From Candidatus Methylacidiphilales bacterium (GTDB taxonomy: Bacteria > Verrucomicrobiota > Verrucomicrobiia > Methylacidiphilales > CAZTYG01), in the NCBI GenBank assembly GCA_033875315.1, contig JANRJG010000039.1, positions 8,614 through 72,613 of the forward strand: a DNA stretch of 64,000 nt, written 5' to 3'. The position numbers and the translations under genes were made by a program. Position 1 is the first letter of the stretch. Every line of letters starts with the position of its first letter. Below, piece by piece: positions 25,793-34,629 of this stretch. A model generated the notes under the pieces. It was not told where the DNA came from. It worked only from the letters and a program-made list of their open reading frames with translations, and did no database searches.

Positions 25793-28175
25793 CCTTCAGG
25801 TGCACTCCCGTTTTTCCGACCGTCCGTCGGAATGGGTGTTGCGCAAACTCGGGGTTCCGGAAAGTTACACCGATCCCCTGGTGATCCACCAGCGTCTGGC
25901 CGCTGCGGGGTTTGATTTCATCACCATCACCGACCACAACCGCATCGAGGGCGGGCTGCAGATCCTCCACCTTCCCGGCAGTTTCCTCAGCGAGGAGGTC
26001 ACCACGTATTTCCCGGCGGATGGGTGCAAGGTCCATCTGTTGGTCTGGGACATCACCGAGGCCCAACATGCGGAGATCCAGCGGCTGAGGTCCAACATCT
26101 TCGAACTGGCCGCCTATCTCCGTGCCGCGGACATCGCCCACGCCGTCACCCACCCGCTCTCCGGGGTGAACCATTCGTACACCGTCGAGCATTTCGAGCG
26201 CCTTCTCCTGCTCTTTTCCTGTTTTGAGACCCTCAACGGCAACCGCGATCCCCTGGCGGGAGAGGTCACGGCGGCCTGTCTTGACCGTCTCACACCGGAG
26301 TGGATCGACCGTTTGGCGGACAAACACGGACTGAGTCCGCTTCCGCCGGAGCCATGGAAAAAAGCGCGCTTCGGAAGTTCGGACGATCACGGTGGGTTGT
26401 ATCTCGGCCAGACCTGGACCGAGTGCGCCGCCGCGGGCGGGCACCGGGAGTTTTTGCGCGCGGTCATGCGGGGGGATGGAGCCCCGGCCGGCCGGGGAGG
26501 GGACCCGCTCCGTTTCTCCAACAGCATCTACAACCTGGTCTTTTCCTACGCGTCCGACCGGCTGGGCAAGACCGCACCCCAGGGCATGAAACTGGTGCAG
26601 GATGTGGCCCGCCGCTTCCTCGAGGGCAAAAATCCCACGCATTTTTCCTGGGGGGAAAGACTGGGTCACCTCACCGAAGCCATCCGCACGGGCAAGGCCA
26701 TGGATTTCATCCGGCCCAACGACCCCTCCCTCAACCGCGAACTGGCGACTTACTTCCTCGACCCGAGATTGACCACCCAGCTGGACCGGATCATCCGCCT
26801 GGAGCCCAATGCCGAGCGGCGCTCCTTCCGCATGGCTTCGAAGATCGCCAACGATCTGGTCTACCGTCTTTTCCGGCAAGTCATCCAGCGGATAGACCGG
26901 GGCGAGCTGCTGGAAAGCCTCCAACCGGCCACCGGCATGCTGCCCATCCTGGCGGGGGTGGCCCCTTATGTGTTTTCCTATCATACACTGCGCACCAACA
27001 GGCCGTTGCTGCGGGCCGCGGCCCGGGGTTTCCTGCCCGTGGTTCCCGACGCCCTGCGCAACAGCCGCCGGGCCTGGTTCACCGATACCCTCGAGGACGT
27101 CAATGGCGTGGCCCGCACCATCCGCACCATGTCCCAGGCGGCCGGACAGCAGGGCCACGACCTCACGGTGGTGACCTGCCGATCCGACAGCCAGATTGAT
27201 GACATCCGGTTGAAGAACTTCGAACCGGTGGGTGAGTTCGAATTGCCGGAGTACAAGCTGCAGAAACTCAGTTTCCCCCCGGTGCTCGACATGATCGACT
27301 ACATCGACCGGGAGGGGTTCACCGAATTGATCATCAGCACGCCCGGGCCGGTCGGGATGACGGCAATGGCGGCGGGCAAGCTGCTGGGTATCCCGTCGAT
27401 CGGGATTTACCACACCGATTTCCCCCAATACGTGCGCATCCTGACCGAGGATGAGATGATGGAGACCCTGATGTGGAGCTTCATGCACTGGTTTTACTCC
27501 CAGATGGATTTGGTCTACGTGAACTCCGAGTTTTACCGGCAGTGTTGGATCGACCGGGGATTTTCCCCTTCCCGTTTGGACATCCTTCCGCGCGGATTGG
27601 ATACCGAACTCTTCAATCCCAAACACCGTGAGCGCGATTTCTGGAAAAAGCGGGGCGCCCGCCATCCGGTCCTGCTCTACGTCGGGCGGGTTTCCAAGGA
27701 AAAAGAACTGGGCTTCCTGGTGGATATCTTCAAGGAACTGCGTGCGGCGGGCGTGGGCTGCGACCTGGCCGTGGTCGGCGACGGGCCCTATCTGGATGAA
27801 ATGAAACAAACCTGCCCGGAGGCCATTTTCACCGGCATCCTGACCGGTTTGGAACTGGGGCGGGCCTATGCCTCGGCCGATCTTTTTGTTTTCCCCAGCA
27901 CGACCGACACTTTTGGTAATGTGGTCATCGAAGCCCAGGCAGCGGGACTGCCGGTCCTGGTCTCGGACGTGGGTGGGCCACGTGAATTGGTGCGTCTGGA
28001 GGAACAGGGACGTGTGCTTCCGGCTGGACAAAAATCCTTTTGGGTGTCGGCCATCCGCGATTTGCTGGAACACCCCATCAGTCGTGAGCGGATCATGAGC
28101 CACGTGGCTCAATTGCAGGAAAAGCGAAGTTGGGATCAGGCTTTTCGCCGGTTTTGGCAGCGTACGGCATCGTGA
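25779..28175 (+). CDS. fusion protein: N-terminal PHP phosphoesterase domain + C-terminal GT4 glycosyltransferase
   Basis: The N-terminus has CDLQVHSRFSDRPSEW and FITITDHN (PHP metal-binding motifs). The C-terminus has VNGVARTI, LLYVGRVSKEKE and DTFGNVVIEAQAAGLPVLVSDVGGPRE (GT4 E-x7-E). Confidence 0.8.
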   Translation: MPRCDLQVHSRFSDRPSEWVLRKLGVPESYTDPLVIHQRLAAAGFDFITITDHNRIEGGLQILHLPGSFLSEEVTTYFPADGCKVHLLVWDITEAQHAEIQRLRSNIFELAAYLRAADIAHAVTHPLSGVNHSYTVEHFERLLLLFSCFETLNGNRDPLAGEVTAACLDRLTPEWIDRLADKHGLSPLPPEPWKKARFGSSDDHGGLYLGQTWTECAAAGGHREFLRAVMRGDGAPAGRGGDPLRFSNSIYNLVFSYASDRLGKTAPQGMKLVQDVARRFLEGKNPTHFSWGERLGHLTEAIRTGKAMDFIRPNDPSLNRELATYFLDPRLTTQLDRIIRLEPNAERRSFRMASKIANDLVYRLFRQVIQRIDRGELLESLQPATGMLPILAGVAPYVFSYHTLRTNRPLLRAAARGFLPVVPDALRNSRRAWFTDTLEDVNGVARTIRTMSQAAGQQGHDLTVVTCRSDSQIDDIRLKNFEPVGEFELPEYKLQKLSFPPVLDMIDYIDREGFTELIISTPGPVGMTAMAAGKLLGIPSIGIYHTDFPQYVRILTEDEMMETLMWSFMHWFYSQMDLVYVNSEFYRQCWIDRGFSPSRLDILPRGLDTELFNPKHRERDFWKKRGARHPVLLYVGRVSKEKELGFLVDIFKELRAAGVGCDLAVVGDGPYLDEMKQTCPEAIFTGILTGLELGRAYASADLFVFPSTTDTFGNVVIEAQAAGLPVLVSDVGGPRELVRLEEQGRVLPAGQKSFWVSAIRDLLEHPISRERIMSHVAQLQEKRSWDQAFRRFWQRTAS

Positions 28176-28296
28176 GGGCCGGCCCCCGACCAAGGAGCCG
28201 CGTTCGTCCATACCAAGGCAAGTGGTTCCATCGTTTTTTACGCAAAGTCCTTAAAAAGATTGACGACCTTTAGGCCGCAGGCATGATGGACATAGT

Positions 28297-29742
28297 ATGG
28301 CTGTTCCTCCTCCTCCCCCTCCCAAGCCCAATTTACCAGCGGGTGCCAAACTGCCTGTGGCCCCCCCCAAGAGGATCACGCAGAAGCCGGAGATTCCAGC
28401 CGGCATGTCGTTGCCGAAGCAAACGATTGCCATCAGCAGCGGCTTGGGTGCGGCAGCAGCCCAACCCGTGGCCCGTCCGCCCATGGCGGCATCGCCCACG
28501 ACGGTATCGCTTCCGGCGATGCCACCTGCGGCGCCAGCATCGGCCACGCCGCCTAAGACGATGATTCCTTCAGCGCCCACCGCGCCGATTCCGAATCCGG
28601 CCCTGAAGATGACCCAGGGTAAGATCAAAAAAGAGACCATGCGGATCTCGCTGCCTCCGAAGCCCGGAGCCACCGCAGCCAGTGCGCTGCCCCAGCGTTC
28701 GGCCACCGCCGCCGCGCCCATCATGGCCCCCTCGGCCATCAAGCCGCCGACTTCGAAAATGTTGACCCAGGCTCCTTCGGCCAAAACCATGCTTTCGGTG
28801 ACCCGTCCCTTGGGATCCGAGCCGCCGGTGGCCCAGCCGGCGCCTGCCCCCAGGCCTGCGCCCGTGCCTGCACCCCTTGCGCCTGCTCCTGCAGCTTCTG
28901 CGCCTGCCCTGGCGCCCCGTCCTCCCGCGCCCGGTCCGATTCCCCCTGCGCCTAGCAGCCCAAAAGTGCAAAACAACCAACAGACTTTTGCCGAAGCACC
29001 CACCGAGGCCATTCCGAAACCGAAACTTTCCGCACCCGCCGCACCCACACCCGCGCCCGTGATTTCGCAGCAGCCCAAAGGTGCCCCCTCCTTGGTGCCG
29101 ACGAATCCGTTGCCGACTGCCGTGGTTCCCTCTGCGCCTGCGGCGGGCTTACCGCCGAAACCGATGGCTCCTCCCGCGCCGGTTGCCTCACTTCCTTCCG
29201 CGCCGGCCGCCCCCGCAGCGCCTATGCCCAAAGCGCCGCCAGTGGCGGCTCCTGCCGCGCCCCGGCCTCCGATGCCGCCCGCAGCGGGACTTCCCAAAGC
29301 CCCCGGTGCCCCCGGAGTTCCGCCCGCGCCGGTCGCTCCGGCGAAGCCCCCGCTTTCCGGGATGGCGCCTGGATCAGGCAAGCTGCCTCTTCCGGCCAGC
29401 TCCCTCAAATCCTCGCCGGATGATGTCAAAGCCAAGACCAGCGTGATCAACATGCCGGCACCTGCCGGGGCACCGAAAGTGTCCGGCCTGCCTGGAGCCC
29501 CTGGGGTAGGCGCCCCGCGTCCCCAAGCCCCGATGGCCACGCCAGCCGCCAACCGTCCGGCACCCCAGATGGCCGCTGCGGCACCCAATCAAGCGTCCGC
29601 ACCAGCCCCCGCGCCTCGGGCCATGGCTCCCGCCCCTCTGGCCGCTTCCTCCGAAGGTTTCCCGGCCTTGGCCTTGGTTGCGATGCTGATTGCCATGATT
29701 TCCGCAGTTGTCACCCTCCTGGGTTTCCTGGACATCCTCTAA
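28297..29742 (+). CDS. Pro/Ala-rich low-complexity protein with a single C-terminal TM anchor
   Basis: The 481-aa ORF is dominated by Pro and Ala. It has no N-terminal signal peptide and its only hydrophobic helix is at the extreme C-terminus (FPALALVAMLIAMISAVVTLLGFL). The antisense Gly/Ala-rich ORF is treated as a mirror artefact. Confidence 0.6.
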   Translation: MAVPPPPPPKPNLPAGAKLPVAPPKRITQKPEIPAGMSLPKQTIAISSGLGAAAAQPVARPPMAASPTTVSLPAMPPAAPASATPPKTMIPSAPTAPIPNPALKMTQGKIKKETMRISLPPKPGATAASALPQRSATAAAPIMAPSAIKPPTSKMLTQAPSAKTMLSVTRPLGSEPPVAQPAPAPRPAPVPAPLAPAPAASAPALAPRPPAPGPIPPAPSSPKVQNNQQTFAEAPTEAIPKPKLSAPAAPTPAPVISQQPKGAPSLVPTNPLPTAVVPSAPAAGLPPKPMAPPAPVASLPSAPAAPAAPMPKAPPVAAPAAPRPPMPPAAGLPKAPGAPGVPPAPVAPAKPPLSGMAPGSGKLPLPASSLKSSPDDVKAKTSVINMPAPAGAPKVSGLPGAPGVGAPRPQAPMATPAANRPAPQMAAAAPNQASAPAPAPRAMAPAPLAASSEGFPALALVAMLIAMISAVVTLLGFLDIL

Positions 29743-29767
29743 GCGTGTTCCAATAGCGGTCCAGCAC

Positions 29768-29810
29768 ACCCCCATTCCGCTTTTTTTCGGGATGGGGGTT
29801 GCATTTTGTT
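29768..29810 (+). terminator. candidate terminator after the Pro/Ala-rich gene
   Basis: The hairpin is cccccattccg-(cttttttt)-cgggatggggg, an 11-bp stem with one mismatch, followed by ttgcattttgtt. Confidence 0.45.
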
Positions 29811-29834
29811 GATCGTCCACCATCCTATTTCATC

Positions 29835-30161
29835 ATGGCCAGCGCAAATGTCGTCGAACTCAATGGTGCCAACTTCCAGTCCCAAGTGCTGGATAACAAA
29901 GGAACCGTCCTGGTGGATTTCTGGGCGGAATGGTGCGGCCCCTGCAAGATGATCGCCCCCTTGTTGGACCAGATCGCCGATGCCAATCCGGGCAAGGTCA
30001 CGATCGGCAAGGTGGATGTCGACAAAAACAACGACATTGCCGCCCGTTACAACATCCGCGCCATCCCCACCCTGATCATCTTTCAAGGTGGCCAGATCAA
30101 AGAGCAGGTTGTTGGCATGACCTCCAAGGCCGCCCTCGAACAGAAACTCGGCCTCGCCTGA
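29835..30161 (+). CDS. trxA: thioredoxin
   Basis: The 108-aa protein has VDFWAEWCGPCKMIAP and PTLIIFQGG. Confidence 0.92.
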   Translation: MASANVVELNGANFQSQVLDNKGTVLVDFWAEWCGPCKMIAPLLDQIADANPGKVTIGKVDVDKNNDIAARYNIRAIPTLIIFQGGQIKEQVVGMTSKAALEQKLGLA

Positions 30162-30336
30162 TCTGATCTGAAGAACCGGGCAGGACTCTGCCTCGTGCTG
30201 TTCCTATTGACGAAGGCTCATTCCTCGTTCCTTCCGGATAACTTCCGCCCCGTTTGATGGGCGGCAGTCTTCAAGTATTCCGCACTTGAACAGGGGAAGA
30301 GTGGAAGAGGAGGGGGATGCGAGCGGGGATGTGCGC

Positions 30337-30975
30337 TCAACTCAACTCGAACACACACTTGAAGAGGCCGGAAATCCGCTCTTCACGACGCTGCACAGTG
30401 GCACCCAGCACCCGCTCGAACATCGTGCGTTCCAATTCGCGCAGAATCGGGAAACGCTCGGCACAGGCCAGGATGGGTGAATTGAATTCCACGATCTGGT
30501 GCTTTCCGGATTCGCGGTCGAAATAATACTCGCTCATGTAGCCGCGGTCGTCCCGCAGTGCGGCCAGGGCTCGGGCTTTTTCTTCCAGGCTGGTTCCATT
30601 GACCGCGGCGGACAGTTTGGTGCCTTCGTGTTGGTAGATGTTGAAGAGGATTTTCTCCGGGGCGTTGGGGCCGTAGACCTCTTGGAGCGAATCAAGGATG
30701 CTGGTGGTGAAATTGCTGAATTCGCTCGGGAAAAACTCCTGCGCGGTATCGGTCAGGCGGTAGGCTTTTTCCGGACGGCCCATTCCCTTCGGCCGCCGCC
30801 AGGTATCGAGGTAGCCTTCTTTTTCCAAAGCGATGCAATGTTGCTTGACCCCCATGTAGGAGAGGCCGATGCGGTCGCACAATTCCGAAACCGAAAGCCC
30901 CTGGCTCCGCTTGATCTCCGTCAGGATGATCAGCTTCGGATTTTTGGCCACTTTCTTGAGAAATTTCCCCTTCAT
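30337..30975 (-). CDS. winged-helix (ArsR/MarR-like) transcriptional regulator with C-terminal domain
   Basis: It starts at MKGKFLKK. The HTH segment is SVSELCDRIGLSYMGVKQHCIALEKEGYL. It is divergent from serA. Confidence 0.65.
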   Translation of the reverse strand: MKGKFLKKVAKNPKLIILTEIKRSQGLSVSELCDRIGLSYMGVKQHCIALEKEGYLDTWRRPKGMGRPEKAYRLTDTAQEFFPSEFSNFTTSILDSLQEVYGPNAPEKILFNIYQHEGTKLSAAVNGTSLEEKARALAALRDDRGYMSEYYFDRESGKHQIVEFNSPILACAERFPILRELERTMFERVLGATVQRREERISGLFKCVFELS

Positions 30976-31144
30976 AGATCGAATGACATGGTGAGGATTT
31001 TTGACATTTGTGTGTCTAAAACGCTCATGCGTAAGGCTAAGTTCCGAGCGACCCAATGCAAGACTTTTTACGCAGGTCGTATAATAAGAATTCGGTCATA
31101 AAAAGGGGTTGAGATCACTGAGCCAGCCCATAGATTCCCCTCTT

Positions 31145-32743
31145 ATGCCCGCTCTCTTCCGCGTCCTTGTTTTGGATGGTGTTTCCTTCACCGGTGTCTC
31201 GGTTTTGTCTTCCGTGCCCAGTATCGAGGTTGTTGAATCCAAGAGTCTTAAGGAAGACGAATTGGTGGCAAAACTGCCCGATTTCGATGCCCTGGTGGTG
31301 CGCAGCCAGACCAAGGTCACCGCCAAGGCCTTGGAGGCCTCACCGCGGCTCAAAGTCGTCGGCCGCGCGGGTGTGGGTGTCGACAACGTCGATGTTCCCG
31401 CGGCCACCCGCCGCGGCGTGGTGGTGATGAACACCCCGGGGGGCAACACGGTTTCCACCGCGGAACACAGCTTCTCCATGCTCATGGCCCTGGCCCGCCA
31501 TATCCCCCAGGCCAACGCCTCGGTGCGCGCGGGCGAGTGGGACCGCAAAAGCTTCCAAGGCGTCGAGATCAATAACAAAGTCCTCGGCATCATCGGCATG
31601 GGCCGCATTGGCACCGAGGTGGCCCGCCGCGCCATCGCCTTCGGCATGCGTGTGCTGGCCTATGATCCCTACCTGGCCCAGGCCAAGGCCCGCAGTCTCC
31701 AGGTCGAACTCCACGACAAGCTCGCCGACATGCTCCCCCATTGCGACTTCCTCACCCTGCATATGCCCATGACTCCGGAGACCAAGGGCATTCTCAACAA
31801 GGAATCCCTGCCCAAGTGCAAGAAAGGCGTCCGCATCGTCAATTGCGCCCGCGGCGGCTTGGTCGACGAACTCGACCTGGTGGAAGGAATCCGCTCGGGC
31901 CAGGTCGCCGGAGCCGCCTTGGACGTATTCGAAGTCGAGCCCCTTCCCTCCGACCATCCGCTCCGCACGCTGCCCCAGGTCATCATGACGCCGCACCTTG
32001 GTGCCTCCACCGCCGAGGCCCAGGAAAGCGTCGGCATTGAAATCGCCGAGTCCATCCGTGAATTGCTTCTGACCGGCTCGGTCCGCAACGCGGTCAACAT
32101 GCCCAATGTCGATGCCAAGACGATGTCGACCCTCCGTCCCTATCTTGACCTGGGAGCCAAGCTTGGGCTGATCGCCGGCCAGTTGGCCGGCACCCGTTGC
32201 GAGTCCCTCTCGGTCAGTTATGCGGGCAAGATCAAGGACCACGACACTTCCTCGGTCAGCCGCGCCGCCCTGAAGGGCTTCCTGACCCACGCCATCGGTT
32301 CGGATGTCAATGAGGTCAACGTGCTCCACCACGCCGAAAATCTCGGCCTCAAGTTCGCCGAGTACAAATTGAGCGATGAGGTGGAATACACCGAACTCAT
32401 CACCGTGGTGGCCAAGACCGGCGATGGAAGAACGGTCGAAGTGGGAGGCAGTTATTTCGGCAATGCCCCGCGCATCGTCCGTCTGAACGGGCAGAACCTT
32501 GAAGCCCGCCCCGAGGGAGTGTTGTTGATCCTGGAGAACCGCGACCGGCCTGGCATCGTCGGCTGGGTCGGAACGCTGCTGGGCAAGCACAAGGTGAACA
32601 TCGCCAGCATGTCCCTCGGACGTTCCGCCCCCGGGTCCTCCGCCCTCAGCGTCTTGAGCCTCGATTCCATGCCGGGCAAGGAAGTCCTGGCCGAGATCCG
32701 CAAGGACGGAGACATCACCTCGGTCCACATCGTCCAGCTCTGA
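31145..32743 (+). CDS. serA: D-3-phosphoglycerate dehydrogenase (long form with ASB and ACT domains)
   Basis: It starts at MPALFRVLVLD and has GIIGMGRIGTEVA (NAD binding), a catalytic R/E/H pattern and a C-terminal ACT-like region. Confidence 0.93.
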   Translation: MPALFRVLVLDGVSFTGVSVLSSVPSIEVVESKSLKEDELVAKLPDFDALVVRSQTKVTAKALEASPRLKVVGRAGVGVDNVDVPAATRRGVVVMNTPGGNTVSTAEHSFSMLMALARHIPQANASVRAGEWDRKSFQGVEINNKVLGIIGMGRIGTEVARRAIAFGMRVLAYDPYLAQAKARSLQVELHDKLADMLPHCDFLTLHMPMTPETKGILNKESLPKCKKGVRIVNCARGGLVDELDLVEGIRSGQVAGAALDVFEVEPLPSDHPLRTLPQVIMTPHLGASTAEAQESVGIEIAESIRELLLTGSVRNAVNMPNVDAKTMSTLRPYLDLGAKLGLIAGQLAGTRCESLSVSYAGKIKDHDTSSVSRAALKGFLTHAIGSDVNEVNVLHHAENLGLKFAEYKLSDEVEYTELITVVAKTGDGRTVEVGGSYFGNAPRIVRLNGQNLEARPEGVLLILENRDRPGIVGWVGTLLGKHKVNIASMSLGRSAPGSSALSVLSLDSMPGKEVLAEIRKDGDITSVHIVQL

Positions 32744-32821
32744 ATTCCGCCACCCGCGGATCGCAGGTGGTTATACGGTAGGTTCTGAAACCCAATCTAA
32801 CTGACTGGGCGATAGGATCAA

Positions 32822-32915
32822 CGGGAGGGCGAGGTTCCCGCCGAGCCGGTTTGATGTCTTTTTCCCAAGTACTGCTCAGCGAGAGCTTCGCCCTCCCGTA
32901 GGGCACTTTGTCGCT
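32822..32915. repeat. family-1 dispersed element, copy C (short variant, reverse orientation)
   Basis: The reverse complement reads gtgccctacgggagggcgaag...gacatcaaaccggctcggcgggaacctcgccctcccgttgat, matching the ends of copy A. It lies between the convergent serA and GT-C genes. Confidence 0.75.
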
Positions 32916-32989
32916 CATTCAAATGGATTTGGTGTTACTCGATAGCGGTCTCTTTTTTCCGCCCAGAGAACGGGAGAATGAACCCGGGA

Positions 32990-34600
32990 TCAGGGCTGGT
33001 AGTGGTAGAGACGCCAGTCGGGTGAGGCAAAGGCCAGGCGGTAGCGTGGGGGGATCATTTTCACATCCCAGAGACGGAGGATGACGTAGCGGTAGAAATC
33101 CTTTTCGTCGATGGTGAGGTCGGCCTTCGGCCCCTCGAGGAGCTGGCGTGCGTTGGCGAAGGTCCGCTCGGGACGGTAGACCGCGATCCATTCCACCCGG
33201 CGGCGTTGCAGGATGGCATCGGCTTCGGTGAAATCCTTGGTGGTGAAGAACCGGGCGCTGTCGAGGTTGCCGGCCAGACTTTGGTGCGAGGAGCTGGCGA
33301 CAACCGGTCGTCCGGAAAAGTGGAGCAGGGCCGGGGACAGCCACCATGGTCCGAGCAGATTCCCGGTTGCGCCGATTTTTCCAGCCAGTTGCCGCATTTG
33401 CGCAGCTTCCTTCGGAGGTTGGATCTGTGGTAATTCCCACAACGTCCAAGCCACCATGGGCAACAGGTGCAGGGTGATCAGGCCGACATGCCAGGGGGTG
33501 GATCGGATGTCCCGCAGGAGGGAAAAGGCCGCCCATGCCAGCGGAAAGGGCAACAGTGCCATCCAGCGTTGTTGCCAGAGGGAAAGACCGGCGAGGACGA
33601 GGGTGATGACCCACGGGTAAAGCCGGTCGAATGGCCACCCATCCTGGCCTGAGGGGTATCTCCGGGCAACCCATCGACTCCATGTTCCCCAGCCCAAGGC
33701 CGGAAGGATGGCCAAGAGTGACAGCCACTGCCATGGGGGCGGGGATTTCAATTCACCGATCATGGCCAGCCAGTGGGACAGGTGGGGGTCTTGCCAGAGC
33801 GGAACCGGGTTCGACCAGCGCCAGCCTTCCAGGAACCAGGCTGGGAGGGCCACGAGCGCCGTCGCGCCCAGCCAGGCCCCGAATGCGCGTCGTTGGATCG
33901 AGGCCACGAGCACAAACGTGGGGATGAAGAGGAGCAGGGGTTCGTAGAGCGAGACCCAAAGAGCGGTGCCCCAGCAAGCCCCGGCCACCCAGGGCCAGGC
34001 AGGATGGGGATCGCGGGAGCGGAGGATTTCCAGAACCAGGGCCACTGCCAAGAGGGGAACGACGAGGGCTTGGTGGTCGGGGCGTCCGACCGAATTGGCC
34101 CAGACCGTCAAGGGATGAAGGGCGAAGGTCAGGAGGATGGGCCAGCGGGTCCAGCCGAGGGCCATCACGGGAGAGGCGGTCAGTCGCCAGAGCGCCCATC
34201 CGGCGGTGGCGGCCAGAAGTGGGGGGAGGGTCCAGCCGGTCCAGTCCAGGGCCTGGGGAGAAACATGAAGGAAGATCAAGGCCGGGGTGGCGATGAGCAG
34301 GTCCAGCAGGGCGGTGGCGTGCGTGGTGATGCCGACCGGGGCGTTTTCCCAGGGATGGGAAGCACGGAAGAGGCACCCGTCAGCCAGCAGATGCCGTACC
34401 CGTTCCATGCGGGTATAACAGTCGGCATCGGCCAGATAGGGCAGGCCGTCGAGGGCCATCTGGCGGAGATACTTGAAACGGATGGCCAGCACCAACAGAA
34501 CAAACGCGGCAGGAGCCAGCCACGGGCGCAGTCGAAGCCATGCGCACAGGCGTTCCATCCGGGTTGCTTGGCGGGTGTCGGCCGTCACACGAAATGCCAT
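32990..34600 (-). CDS. polytopic GT-C membrane glycosyltransferase, STT3/AglB-like (putative)
   Basis: It has about 12 predicted TM helices. The first loop has LADADCYTRMERVRHLL, which resembles the STT3/AglB D-x-D...H/R motif. Near the last TM is GPWWLSPALLHFSG, where STT3 proteins carry WWDYG. A soluble tail of about 120 aa follows. An alternative start is at 34558. Confidence 0.55.
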   Translation of the reverse strand: MAFRVTADTRQATRMERLCAWLRLRPWLAPAAFVLLVLAIRFKYLRQMALDGLPYLADADCYTRMERVRHLLADGCLFRASHPWENAPVGITTHATALLDLLIATPALIFLHVSPQALDWTGWTLPPLLAATAGWALWRLTASPVMALGWTRWPILLTFALHPLTVWANSVGRPDHQALVVPLLAVALVLEILRSRDPHPAWPWVAGACWGTALWVSLYEPLLLFIPTFVLVASIQRRAFGAWLGATALVALPAWFLEGWRWSNPVPLWQDPHLSHWLAMIGELKSPPPWQWLSLLAILPALGWGTWSRWVARRYPSGQDGWPFDRLYPWVITLVLAGLSLWQQRWMALLPFPLAWAAFSLLRDIRSTPWHVGLITLHLLPMVAWTLWELPQIQPPKEAAQMRQLAGKIGATGNLLGPWWLSPALLHFSGRPVVASSSHQSLAGNLDSARFFTTKDFTEADAILQRRRVEWIAVYRPERTFANARQLLEGPKADLTIDEKDFYRYVILRLWDVKMIPPRYRLAFASPDWRLYHYQP

Positions 34601-34629
34601 CTGTCCGGCGGGTGCCGTGGAATACGGTC

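Noticed and set aside
28251-29588. 445-aa Gly/Ala-rich minus-strand ORF opposite the Pro/Ala-rich gene
   Set aside because: It is a mirror image of the Pro/Ala codon bias (CCN/GCN read as NGG/NGC). It lacks the terminal TM helix and terminator that support the plus-strand frame. Strand choice remains to be confirmed experimentally.
30244-30263. Hairpin CCGCCC-gtttgat-GGGCGG between the convergent trxA and regulator genes
   Set aside because: It is a plausible bidirectional terminator stem, but it has no U-tract on either strand and only 6 bp, so it is not reported as a terminator.
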